Positions 54,450 through 64,000 of a stretch of DNA of 64,000 nucleotides are shown one piece after another. The notes under the pieces are model-generated. The model saw only the letters and a program-made list of their open reading frames with translations, searched no databases and was not told where the DNA came from. A program made the translations under genes and the position numbers. Origin of the DNA: Escherichia phage vB_EcoS_HdH2. The DNA lies in the sequence record NC_048748.1; one strand, given 5' to 3'. Position 1 is the first letter of the stretch, and each line of letters begins with the position of its first letter.

Positions 54450-56507
54450 TTACCTTATATGAATATACCCGCTATTTAGGTCTATCTTCATCTTGTAGTA
54501 TGCCTCAGGGTTTCCTGATAACGCAGCGTTCCTATCATAAATGATGTTAACACCGATCTGAGATAAGAAAGCATTTCCTGCTACAATTTTATCTGCCGTC
54601 ACCGTCCCATTAACAATCATGTTTCCGTGGAGAACCATTGCAGGGTTAACCCAACCAGACCCATTCCATTGTCTTGTAAATGCTGATTGTGGAGCATTAC
54701 TATTAAATTCGGTTAATACATCATATCTAACAGGAGGACTACCAAAGTTATTCTGGAAGAAGGCATTAGCCTGCCCATCATCCCAACCCCCAAGACCAGG
54801 AATACCTAAGGAGTACATTCCAGGACCACGTTGTCCATCATGTCCTATAGTACCTTCAGTACCACTCCACTGAACTACATCAGACCAGCTAGTACCTTCA
54901 AGAAGTTTGTTAGTAACGGGATCAAGCGTACCTGTAGTGGCATAGATATTTTGTGTCATATCTGTACGGTTAGGTGGAGTTTTTGACCAACCAGGAGGCG
55001 GATAATCTTGTTCTAGTGGTTTAGCAGGTAGAGATGTTGCTAACTTATAAACAAATACTGTTTGCTTACCTTGCATACCAGTACCTAGATCTACATCGCC
55101 ATTAGGAGTTCCAATAACTACTCCACTAGAAATACGTAGCACATCACCATCATAACGAATCCACTGTGTGGCATTACCAATGTCTAGTTTTGCTTTGGCT
55201 GAAGTATTATCCATACCCATCCAAATACCAGAGTTATTATCCCCCCAGGATTTACCTTGTGTGTAGATTGCTGGATTATCTTTACCAGATAAGTTAGTCA
55301 TGATAAAGTTAGCAGCATTGATATCTCTAGTAATTACTTTACCATCAACGTTAACAACACGGTTTATAGGGTCAAAAGAAATGGGTGCTTTCCCTTCTTC
55401 ATCTAGTAGACCAATGTTAATAGCACCAGTAGCTGCGTCGATTAAGAATGTCTGTCTCCAGATTTCTCCATCTTTCATACTACCCTTAATAAAGGCATAG
55501 TTAACATCAATACCCGTCTCATTGACAAAGCTGTTGTCTAGAGGAGTATCTTCATTCAATATAAATGTTACAGGAGCTGATTCTGTTATATCCTGTTTAT
55601 TTGGTCCCCAGGCAATTGACGAAACCTTAAAGGTATGTTCAACTTTCCACGGGAATGATATAATCGTTGCAGCTCTAGCAGCCCCAACGTTTATCTTTTG
55701 AGCTTTAGCCCAGCCAGTCTTAGCGTATTCTTCAGAGTTTATATAAGTAACCAGAAATTCACGGACATTAGCACCCGCACCACGTTCCCAGTCCCACTCT
55801 ATTCTAACATCATATCGTTCCTTACCATCTGCGATTCGTGCAGCTTTAAAGGCAATATTAGTAGGTGCGGTAGGTGGTACGAAATTATAAGCTACAGTGA
55901 AAACGCTAGGATATTCATAATAACCAGATGAGTCAACTGTAACACCATCTGGCATCGTAATTTGACCAGATATTCTGATCTTATAGTCGCCAACAGGAAC
56001 ACCACCAAATTTGATAGTAGGTCCCAGTGCGCCTATATAATATTTAACCCATTCACTATCTTCTGATGCAGTACTTTTTAATTCAATAGTGCAGTAACTA
56101 GCTTCACCAGCCGTCTCTACAACAACTATTGGAGCACCAACACCAACGTCAACGGGTTCTGATTCAGATCTTGCTGCAGTAATTATTGGCTTTTCCTTTG
56201 TTCTAAAGTTAGTTTCATTAGAGAGGTTGATACCAATCTTAGCTTCCAGTAACTCTGAGTCAATAATTGAGTCATAGAAAGCCCCCTGGATCTCATAGGA
56301 GGTAGAGGGGGTTAGATTATTAATCATTACGAAGAAAGTATCTATACCGGTGTAATCACGTCTATCTATACTTTCTCCTATTTTTAACCAAAAAGATCTA
56401 CCAATAACATCATAATCAGTATAAATGGAGTGCTGGACATAAGCCAAAGTATATCCAGTCATTATACTATTTAAGACCATTTTGGCTGGTGCATTATTTG
56501 AAATCAT
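54450..56507 (-). CDS. pb4: baseplate / straight-fibre protein (T5 pb4-like)
   Basis: Size and position as T5 pb4; start taken as ATG (MISNNAPAKMV) overlapping the pb3 stop (TAATG) rather than the upstream GTG. Confidence 0.55.
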   Translation of the reverse strand: MISNNAPAKMVLNSIMTGYTLAYVQHSIYTDYDVIGRSFWLKIGESIDRRDYTGIDTFFVMINNLTPSTSYEIQGAFYDSIIDSELLEAKIGINLSNETNFRTKEKPIITAARSESEPVDVGVGAPIVVVETAGEASYCTIELKSTASEDSEWVKYYIGALGPTIKFGGVPVGDYKIRISGQITMPDGVTVDSSGYYEYPSVFTVAYNFVPPTAPTNIAFKAARIADGKERYDVRIEWDWERGAGANVREFLVTYINSEEYAKTGWAKAQKINVGAARAATIISFPWKVEHTFKVSSIAWGPNKQDITESAPVTFILNEDTPLDNSFVNETGIDVNYAFIKGSMKDGEIWRQTFLIDAATGAINIGLLDEEGKAPISFDPINRVVNVDGKVITRDINAANFIMTNLSGKDNPAIYTQGKSWGDNNSGIWMGMDNTSAKAKLDIGNATQWIRYDGDVLRISSGVVIGTPNGDVDLGTGMQGKQTVFVYKLATSLPAKPLEQDYPPPGWSKTPPNRTDMTQNIYATTGTLDPVTNKLLEGTSWSDVVQWSGTEGTIGHDGQRGPGMYSLGIPGLGGWDDGQANAFFQNNFGSPPVRYDVLTEFNSNAPQSAFTRQWNGSGWVNPAMVLHGNMIVNGTVTADKIVAGNAFLSQIGVNIIYDRNAALSGNPEAYYKMKIDLNSGYIHIR

Positions 56508-59356
56508 TAAATGGATGCCCACTCCACAGACTGTTCTCCATCATCCCCTTCTGCCCTAATACGAAAATACAATTTTCTATTTATACCTAGAGCACCGCTG
56601 TTCTGGAGAGCAAAGTCTGCCTTATTATATGTTAATAAATAGTCATAAGTATACTGATTTTCAATACGTACACTTCTTAACATCCTATTTTGCGAATCGT
56701 GTATTTCAAGGGTATAAAATATACTCTCTATTATATCTTCTTCAGGTATTCTATCCCAGGCTAGTTTCACATCTGGGCCAACAAACTCAGTTACATCTCC
56801 AGAGGCAGTATTAGTTACCCTAAAATTAGATACTACGCTTAGGTTTTTAGCAGAGTTAAGTTCTATAGATAATGTTACTGGAGAACTTCTTCTACCATTA
56901 ATATCTACTGCCCTTATTTCAAATATTGCTAAACCTGCAGGCTCTCCAATTATCTCTTGGATCATGCGTTCATTGGGATTTGTTTCTAGTTGCTGCACAA
57001 TATAAGGTTCAGCATGACCGGAATGCACAATAGAGTAGTAAACTACATTATTGGTTAGACTCGGAAGCCAGGATAACTCACCATTTTTACCTATAGAGCC
57101 TACTAAACCGCTAGGAGTAGGAGTATATTTAAAGTCTCTAGGAGGAAGGACATTGTTACTAATATCAGGAATATCATTACCGCTATTATCAACCTGCTCA
57201 GAGTTGATGAATACATCCTCTCCATACTCCTGTAAGGTAACATTTATCTTTCCTTCTCTAGAGTTTTCCACTTCGTCTACTAGGAAATACTTTTTGTCCC
57301 ATCCATAACGATCATATGTGAATGCAATAGCATCATTAGGCTCAATACCAATGAATTGATATGGCAATGAGAAAGAAAGTGTTCTTGAGTATCTGGATTT
57401 CTTAAGTTCTCTATCCGCAAAACTTCTTGCAGTATAGTAATTAGTAATATTAGCAAAAGATAGTTGTAATTTTTTATCTAGGTTCTTGTCCTGTTCCTTA
57501 TACTTAGAGTTATAGAATGTAATGGAATTAGTTTTCCAGCTAAGGGCTGGATCTACGATAGATGCTTGAACTGAGTTGAATTTATTTCTACCAGTAGTAT
57601 CTGATAGCTCCAAATCACCGTAAGTATCTAGAAAATTAATCTCTAATGGAGTATTAGAGTATTTTTCTACAGTAACCCTGTACTGGCCAGATAAGTTGTT
57701 AATAGCCCCACCGTAGGACTCTAATAAACCTTGCACATTTTTAAATACTGATTCAGATGTATCCAGAATAGTATTCATTTGTACTATTTGTCTATTTTCT
57801 GCTAGTGGATCAGTCCACCCAACGTATCTCCAATATGGCTGCCAAGATACCTGATAGGATTCATCTATAATATCTAAAATAGCTGCTTCCTGTATTAATT
57901 GCTGAAGGGGGAACTGATCAATGGTAATATTAGCGCCGTATCTATCAGAGGTTAAGTAATCAAGTGTTTGCCAAATACCATTTAAACTAGTACTATTAGC
58001 AGTTACTCTACCATCAGAATGGTAAATTTTTATCTTCTTACCCTGAATCTCAGCACTAACTTCAGGAATCTCAGTCCTATTTTCATTAATAGTGAAGCGC
58101 ACCACTGCGTATGCAGTATCTAGTAGTTTATACCTAGCATCCCAGTACTCCGGTCCATTGCCATTCATATTCTGAAGGTAGAACCCACGTTCTTTAGCTA
58201 TATCTACTAGTACTTCAGAAGCCGTTTGGTCAGGTTTTCCATGATACGTCCAAATTCTTATGTCACCATTACCATCATTATACTTATACTCCTGCCCATG
58301 CACGGAAGGGCTACTAGAGGAGGTTCCGGATGCTATCCTCTGCATTGTATCTCCTGCTATTTTTTTAGTACCAAAGCAGGTTCTAGCAGAGCTATCATTA
58401 GCATCTACACAAATCATAGGGTTATCACCAAAGGAGAAATCAAGAAAACCATCAATCTCTCCCTCAGCAAAAGCGTATACGACATAAACTATATTGGGAT
58501 TGTGTAGTTCTGTATCAGCAAAAATGGGTATTCCAGGAATTTTTTGAACTCCATAAACCACCGGTATGTATTTAGCAGCAAGGTTAAAATCTATATCCAC
58601 TTCTTTAGTGACAGTTTCATAGTATTTTTTAAGGCTGTAGCTTCTAGATAAACCGAATAATTTTTTCTTTGATTTTAGCTTGTATCTTTCTTCCTGAACC
58701 TGATATTTTGCTAGGATAGAGATACTTTTATTAGAGTGGAAGAAGCCGTAGTCTTCTTGATACTCTGGTCTTTTAGCACCATTAGATGGTACTAACTGTC
58801 CAGCTACAACTTCAAGCCCCCTATGGGAAGCGTCATCAGTATATCTACCATTAACTCTATCAAAGTCATAGAATTGGTTAGAACAATTCCAGGTAATTGT
58901 AGAGGTTCCCACTCCAGAGGTACTAATGTTATCTTTAATACCCCCTCCAGTAATCCTCCCCCTAAAATATAGTAAAGGACCATTTGTATCTGGGTCTACT
59001 GGCAGAATAGAACCATCTTCAGTAATAATTGCTTGATGAATTGATACGGTTCTATCTAAGAAGGACACACCATTTTGTACTAGTTTTAGTACTTCATCCT
59101 GTGCTGTACCAGTAATAGTAAAAGATAGACTACCAATAGATAAATCTCTATTTTGTTTGTGTGAGCTAATAGACTTAACTTTACCCGCCTGGTATAAGAT
59201 GCCATTATATAGTACATCCCTAAAATAATCAGTTAAATAAATAAAAGCAGTACTAGTACCAGTAGAGCCAGGTAACTCTAGAGAAATTAGACTAGCAGTT
59301 TTTATTCTGCTATTATTTTTTAAGTAGTTTCTAGCACTATCTAGTATTTTTTTCAT
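56507..59356 (-). CDS. pb3: baseplate hub protein (T5 pb3-like, 949 aa)
   Basis: 949-aa ORF directly downstream of the Dit-like gene, same length as T5 pb3. Confidence 0.6.
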   Translation of the reverse strand: MKKILDSARNYLKNNSRIKTASLISLELPGSTGTSTAFIYLTDYFRDVLYNGILYQAGKVKSISSHKQNRDLSIGSLSFTITGTAQDEVLKLVQNGVSFLDRTVSIHQAIITEDGSILPVDPDTNGPLLYFRGRITGGGIKDNISTSGVGTSTITWNCSNQFYDFDRVNGRYTDDASHRGLEVVAGQLVPSNGAKRPEYQEDYGFFHSNKSISILAKYQVQEERYKLKSKKKLFGLSRSYSLKKYYETVTKEVDIDFNLAAKYIPVVYGVQKIPGIPIFADTELHNPNIVYVVYAFAEGEIDGFLDFSFGDNPMICVDANDSSARTCFGTKKIAGDTMQRIASGTSSSSPSVHGQEYKYNDGNGDIRIWTYHGKPDQTASEVLVDIAKERGFYLQNMNGNGPEYWDARYKLLDTAYAVVRFTINENRTEIPEVSAEIQGKKIKIYHSDGRVTANSTSLNGIWQTLDYLTSDRYGANITIDQFPLQQLIQEAAILDIIDESYQVSWQPYWRYVGWTDPLAENRQIVQMNTILDTSESVFKNVQGLLESYGGAINNLSGQYRVTVEKYSNTPLEINFLDTYGDLELSDTTGRNKFNSVQASIVDPALSWKTNSITFYNSKYKEQDKNLDKKLQLSFANITNYYTARSFADRELKKSRYSRTLSFSLPYQFIGIEPNDAIAFTYDRYGWDKKYFLVDEVENSREGKINVTLQEYGEDVFINSEQVDNSGNDIPDISNNVLPPRDFKYTPTPSGLVGSIGKNGELSWLPSLTNNVVYYSIVHSGHAEPYIVQQLETNPNERMIQEIIGEPAGLAIFEIRAVDINGRRSSPVTLSIELNSAKNLSVVSNFRVTNTASGDVTEFVGPDVKLAWDRIPEEDIIESIFYTLEIHDSQNRMLRSVRIENQYTYDYLLTYNKADFALQNSGALGINRKLYFRIRAEGDDGEQSVEWASI

Positions 59357-59967
59357 AAACTTTCCCGTAAATTTAATGAGATGCCGGAATATGTTCCGTT
59401 ATTATTTAATGTAGATCCGAAAGCATCACCATTCATGAGTTTTGTTCTAAATAGTATCCCATTAAATACTGGTTTTTCAGCTCCAGTAGTAGTTACAAAT
59501 AAATCAGGATATATGTTAATAGACCATGAATTACCAGATCTATTAAATGATGTTATTTTATAAACTTTTGGGTGATTGGATAATTTAAATAAATCACCTG
59601 GTTTAGGGATACCGGTAAGAACACCTTTTGTATCCATAGTAATATTGGAACCTTTTTGTCCTGCTGGTATATTTACTAAGTTAGTATTACCCCTAACCCT
59701 AAAAGCCTCATACTGAGGTAATATAACATCAATGTAACCTCCTGTCCTCTTATACTCTAGAATAAAGGAATCTAGAACACTATATTCATCAGGAAACAAT
59801 TCTGGGTAAGAAATATTTATACCCCAGTACTGAGCAGATACCTTAACTTCGTTAACTTTACCATTAGGTAACTCATCACGAATTACTGGGTCATTATCAA
59901 TCAGGTTAACACTTTCGAATCCTAATCCTGAAAGTTCTGGATTCGTGTATGGGTCTGGTAATCTCAT
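59353..59967 (-). CDS. pb9: distal tail protein (Dit, T5 pb9-like, 204 aa)
   Basis: 204-aa ORF directly downstream of the tape measure gene, same length and position as T5 pb9. Confidence 0.55.
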   Translation of the reverse strand: MRLPDPYTNPELSGLGFESVNLIDNDPVIRDELPNGKVNEVKVSAQYWGINISYPELFPDEYSVLDSFILEYKRTGGYIDVILPQYEAFRVRGNTNLVNIPAGQKGSNITMDTKGVLTGIPKPGDLFKLSNHPKVYKITSFNRSGNSWSINIYPDLFVTTTGAEKPVFNGILFRTKLMNGDAFGSTLNNNGTYSGISLNLRESL

Positions 59968-60039
59968 AGTTAATTTCTCCTCTTAGATACAATTATTATA
60001 ATAGTATTAGAAAATTTTATCAAGAAATTTTTATTTTTC

Positions 60040-60072
60040 CATAAAGAAAAGGAGGACTCAAAGTCCTCCTCC
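60040..60072 (-). terminator. rho-independent terminator after the tape measure gene, followed by a sigma70-like promoter
   Basis: Minus-strand hairpin GGAGGACTT-TGA-GTCCTCC followed by TTTTCTTT; downstream TTGATA, 17 nt, TATAAT and RBS TAAGAGGAG before the Dit start. Confidence 0.5.
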
Positions 60073-60076
60073 AGTT

Positions 60077-63000
60077 TTAAGAATTTCCTAGTGTTTTTAG
60101 GCTAGCACCGTTCTCATTCAGAGCTAATTCTACTGCGTCTCTTAGAGCACCACTATTACTAGAAGCAAACTCTCTAAAACTTGCAGCATCCATAGCACTA
60201 ATATTCAAGATGATAGGTCTTCCTGAAGTTGAGTTAGATGAGGTTTTTAGCTCATCATTAGGCGTAGCTTTCATAGGAACCATAGGGGTAACTACTTCTG
60301 TACCATGCTCACCCATTTGATAGCTAACCCCAGGGTACATATTACCACCCTCAGCACGAGGAACGAAAGAGTTAGCACTACCTATACCTTGATCGCCACG
60401 AATATAAGATAGTTCACCTGCATTAGCAGACATGGACACATCTATATTCTTTTGACGCTCTCCTAAGGTTAAGTAACTAGTTGTATCCGCTCCAGAATCT
60501 GCAATAGAAGACATACCAGATGCAGAAGATGCTTGAGCAAGAGCTAAGGCACCTGCCAAACCTGCTGCCACCATCAAAGGAATAGAGAATGGGTACGGTA
60601 CAGCTGTCGCCGCCTGCATTACAGCTACTGCAGTTTGGATGATGATCTGCTTCTTAGCTGCGTCTTGTTGAATCTTCAACTTTTCAGCTTCCAACTTCTT
60701 CAACTTAGCTTTAGATGCTTCTGATTTACCATCACGTTTCTGTTCTGCTGCAATAGCCTGATCAATTGCACTAACCTGTTGACTAGTACTATATTGAATC
60801 ATAGAGGCTACGGTCTGCATACCGGAAGCAATCATAGATGTAGTATCTAAAGATCCCTGAGAGAATTGAATCATAGCATTAGTTAGGTTACCCATGCTTT
60901 GAGCTACAGCGGTTGCTTCAGAGTTTAGCTCAGATAGTTTAGAGATTGCCTGATCATAGGAGGCCATTCTATTTTGCATATCAGCAAAATCTTTATCCTC
61001 CCCAGATAGTCCAGTTGTAGGAGTATATACAGCACCTACAGAAGATCCCACCTGTTGCTGCATCTGGGTATCTCTCTGTTTTCTAAGCTGCTCTAAGGCC
61101 GCCGAAGTTTTATAAATCTCATTACGATATTTAATTTCTTCCTCAGTATTGCCCTTAGACAGCTCCAGCTGTTGCTGCAGAATGGATAATCTTTCAGTAA
61201 GAATTTGAGATTGACCAGTAACATTCCTCTGCGTTTGGCTGACCTCTAGCGCATCCATGAGAGCTGATACATGTGAGGCAGTTGCCTGTTTCTCCGCTTC
61301 CCATATTTCTCTACTTATTTGTGCTTGAGCACGTCTAGACTGTTCTGCCTCTTTCTGTTTGTCCGCTTGTTTTGTATACCATTCGTACTTCTCTTTCTCT
61401 ATAGTTAGTTCTAGTTTTAGCTGAGCTAATCTATATTGAGTAGTAGTCATAGTGCGGTCATTCAGAAGAGCTATCTCACGATCTACACCAAGAATTTTAT
61501 CTGTGTAATCTTTAACCTTCTTCTGGGCTTCCATACCCTGATTAGTAAGTTTAAGCTTCTCCAGCTGAATTTTTTCAATTTCTTTTTCAACAGCTTTATT
61601 TCCCTGGTTTGTTTGAAGAACACGGCGTAAAGCAGCTTCTTGCTCTTCTAACTGTTGCAACTCTAAACGTCTACCAGCTTCCTGAGCCTTTTCCTTATCC
61701 TTAGTTTGATTATACACATCGGCTATTTTCTGTTGAACTGCTAACTGATTTTTAGTTTCATTACCAGTTAGTTTAACATACTCGGACAAGGCCTGAGAAG
61801 CAGTTTTCATCTCAGATAACGTATTATAGCCTAAATTAAGATTTTTAACATACTCATCTGCACTTTTACCAGTACCTAGAGATAGAGATTCTATGTTTTT
61901 TATAGCATCTGCTAAAGTAGCACTAGTTTTAGCAGCAGTATCTGTATTCTGAGCAACGTTCTGTATATCATTAGCTAAGTCACTAGCAGTTTTCTTAGTC
62001 TGATTGTACGCTTTCTGCTGCTCGGTTAGTCCTTTTAATACAGTAGAGTTAAAATCGTATACAGCACCAGGATCAGTAGTATCTCTCTGTAGATTAATTT
62101 GCTTCTGAAACTCGGGGTTAGCTTTTGCAGCAGCAGCTCCAGCAGCTTGATACGCTGATTTCCAGGCATTAAGGTTTTCAGTAGAATCCTCTACTTCCTT
62201 ACCAAGTCTAGTTACTTGTAGACCCATAGCTGCAGTTTCTGCTACAAATTGCTTATTGGCCTCCGAAGCACCTGCTGCTGCAAGACCAACAGGAATACCT
62301 TCACCAACTTGACGTATAGCTAGTTTTGTATAGAAATCTGCTTGTTCCATTCGTTTATCGAACTCAGATTTTAGCTTATTACGCTTATCAAGAGATTCCT
62401 TATACATATCTAGAGCTTTATTATAGCCTTCTTCAGAAGCAGCTAAACTTAAAGCAACAGCACCAACGTTGGTAGGGTCTATCTGTCTATTGGTTTTTTC
62501 TTGAGCTCTAGCTGCCTCCGCAGATACAGAAGCCTGAGAAGTATAAAATACTGTGTTGATAGCATCAATTACTGGCCCTAAGTACTTAGCAGCAGCCTGC
62601 TGAATCTTTCTCAGTGCGGCATCAGCATTAGCGGCAAACTGCTCCCACGGAGTAGCACGTAAAACTTCATCTAAGTAACCAAAACGTTTAGTAGACTCTG
62701 CTATAACAGCATTAGCATACGCTTGCTGTTTCTGGAAGGTAGTAAGGCTATTAATATTATATGTTATACCTGTGTTTGCAGCATTTAACTGTTTAACGTA
62801 ATCAGCATAAGCATCGTTAAGACGAATAGTAACACCAAGCTCATCCAGAAGTTCGATTTCCTGTTTAGATACACCCTTAATTACACGGTTAAGTGCATCG
62901 GTCATATCAACGCCAAGAACAGCAGCAGCACGACGAGCTACTAGACCAAATTTATTAAGTTGTTCAGCATCAAATCCGTACGCAGAAGCTGAGGATGCTT

Positions 63001-63757
63001 GTCTCATTGCTTCTTCAAAGGAGATTGCATAGCCAGCTGCCTCTTGTAGTGATCTAGCAAGGGACTGAACAGGAGTACCTGTCTGAGTACCCACTATAAC
63101 ACCAAATTTTTCTAGACGATTTAGCTGATCACCTAGTTTGAGTTGTTCGAATGCAGATTGCAAAACGAAGATGTTAGAAGCAATAGCAGCGTATAATAAT
63201 GGTAAACCACCACCAACTTTAGCCATTGCAGCAAAATCACGGGTAGCACCACGAGCTGAACCAGAAGTATTACCAATGGCTCTAGACGCTCTGCCAGCGG
63301 CACCAGCAGTATCATTAAAGCCTCTAGTTGTACCGCCTAAAACTCTATTGGTGTCATACAATCTATCTTGAACTTTCTCTGTTGCAGCTGCAACATCATT
63401 ACCCATTGCTTTAACAGATCTAGAAACTCCATCGAATCCAATTTCTAGTTTATCTGTTACTTCAATAAGTTGGATAGCCAGGTAATCTAGCTTATCACCA
63501 ATACCATCAATGGATTTAGTGATGCCAGCCATACCCCTACTAGCTTGCATTTTAGTAAGACTTTTTGCTGCTCTGTCTGCTGCCCTCTCAATGGAATATA
63601 GAGTTTTGGGCATTTTACCTAACTGTTCATTTGTCAGTTCGGAAGCAGCAGCAGCATTTTCTAATGCATCAGATACGTTTTCAATAGACTTTGCAGTACG
63701 GGTTGCCCCCTTCTGTTTAACGTCTATTAGTAATTCTCGTATTAGCTTATCAGTCAT
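60077..63757 (-). CDS. pb2: tail tape measure protein (T5 pb2-like, 1226 aa)
   Basis: Very long Ala/Gln-rich coiled-coil protein with hydrophobic segment near the C-terminus; in T5 position and about the T5 pb2 size. Confidence 0.8.
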   Translation of the reverse strand: MTDKLIRELLIDVKQKGATRTAKSIENVSDALENAAAASELTNEQLGKMPKTLYSIERAADRAAKSLTKMQASRGMAGITKSIDGIGDKLDYLAIQLIEVTDKLEIGFDGVSRSVKAMGNDVAAATEKVQDRLYDTNRVLGGTTRGFNDTAGAAGRASRAIGNTSGSARGATRDFAAMAKVGGGLPLLYAAIASNIFVLQSAFEQLKLGDQLNRLEKFGVIVGTQTGTPVQSLARSLQEAAGYAISFEEAMRQASSASAYGFDAEQLNKFGLVARRAAAVLGVDMTDALNRVIKGVSKQEIELLDELGVTIRLNDAYADYVKQLNAANTGITYNINSLTTFQKQQAYANAVIAESTKRFGYLDEVLRATPWEQFAANADAALRKIQQAAAKYLGPVIDAINTVFYTSQASVSAEAARAQEKTNRQIDPTNVGAVALSLAASEEGYNKALDMYKESLDKRNKLKSEFDKRMEQADFYTKLAIRQVGEGIPVGLAAAGASEANKQFVAETAAMGLQVTRLGKEVEDSTENLNAWKSAYQAAGAAAAKANPEFQKQINLQRDTTDPGAVYDFNSTVLKGLTEQQKAYNQTKKTASDLANDIQNVAQNTDTAAKTSATLADAIKNIESLSLGTGKSADEYVKNLNLGYNTLSEMKTASQALSEYVKLTGNETKNQLAVQQKIADVYNQTKDKEKAQEAGRRLELQQLEEQEAALRRVLQTNQGNKAVEKEIEKIQLEKLKLTNQGMEAQKKVKDYTDKILGVDREIALLNDRTMTTTQYRLAQLKLELTIEKEKYEWYTKQADKQKEAEQSRRAQAQISREIWEAEKQATASHVSALMDALEVSQTQRNVTGQSQILTERLSILQQQLELSKGNTEEEIKYRNEIYKTSAALEQLRKQRDTQMQQQVGSSVGAVYTPTTGLSGEDKDFADMQNRMASYDQAISKLSELNSEATAVAQSMGNLTNAMIQFSQGSLDTTSMIASGMQTVASMIQYSTSQQVSAIDQAIAAEQKRDGKSEASKAKLKKLEAEKLKIQQDAAKKQIIIQTAVAVMQAATAVPYPFSIPLMVAAGLAGALALAQASSASGMSSIADSGADTTSYLTLGERQKNIDVSMSANAGELSYIRGDQGIGSANSFVPRAEGGNMYPGVSYQMGEHGTEVVTPMVPMKATPNDELKTSSNSTSGRPIILNISAMDAASFREFASSNSGALRDAVELALNENGASLKTLGNS

Positions 63758-63772
63758 ATTTTATTTTTCCCA

Positions 63773-63806
63773 ATAAAAAAGGCTCTGGGCAAATCACCCA
63801 GAGCCA
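63773..63806 (-). terminator. rho-independent terminator upstream of the tape measure gene
   Basis: Minus-strand hairpin GGCTCTGGG-TGATTTG-CCCAGAGCC followed by TTTTTTATTGGG. Confidence 0.55.
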
Positions 63807-63840
63807 AGCCTCATCGTGGAACGCCCATTGGAGGAAACTT

Positions 63841-64000
63841 TTACCGTGCTCGAGATTTGGCGTGCGGCTTAACGTTAGGTATTCTACCGTTTTGCGGCTT
63901 ATGCTTCTCAGCACGTTTACGTGCAGCGTCTACAGCTTTAGCATCAAATATATTGATAATGTGTAGAACAAATTCTTTTTCTATAGGATCAGTAATCCCA
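63841..64000 (-). CDS. 3' end of an upstream tail gene (partial, start beyond window), possibly a tail assembly chaperone
   Basis: Open minus-strand frame from the window edge to TAA at 63841-63843 (…AKAVDAARKRAEKHKPQNGRIPNVKPHAKSRAR). Confidence 0.4.
   Translation of the reverse strand, partial: GITDPIEKEFVLHIINIFDAKAVDAARKRAEKHKPQNGRIPNVKPHAKSRAR

Overview
The window reads as a contiguous segment of a T5-like siphovirus genome (Tequintavirus-type). This call rests on recalled similarity, not a database search: a near-exact match to the phage T5 P-N25 promoter at 29861-29915, a T5-like family-A DNA polymerase (855 aa) and flap endonuclease (291 aa), an NAD-dependent ligase split into two genes, and a tail module of the T5 pb2/pb9/pb3/pb4 sizes followed by two L-shaped tail fibre genes. 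Layout: (i) 1-20800, minus-strand early region with an array of tRNA genes interleaved with small ORFs, then nucleotide-metabolism genes (RNase H, ThyA, DHFR, NrdB, NrdA, PhoH), each unit behind a highly conserved AT-rich sigma70 promoter; (ii) 21050-48660, plus-strand replication and recombination module (NrdD, Sir2-like, helicases, primase, polymerase, Mre11/Rad50-like, resolvase-like, FEN, dUTPase); (iii) 48695-64000, minus-strand tail genes. The most unusual observations are a perfect 89-bp inverted repeat with an 8-nt loop that splits nrdD (22302-22487), and an oppositely oriented, self-contained cassette (4314-6140) with a consensus sigma70 promoter, three low-complexity proteins and its own terminators. 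Also notable: a promoter-driven 780-nt non-coding stretch (7230-8010), several atypical tRNA-like genes, a NADAR/YbiA-like gene, and an HNH homing endonuclease between helicase and primase. All coordinates for RNA genes, promoters and terminators were counted by hand and may be off by 1-2 nt; no tool-based folding or homology search was possible.
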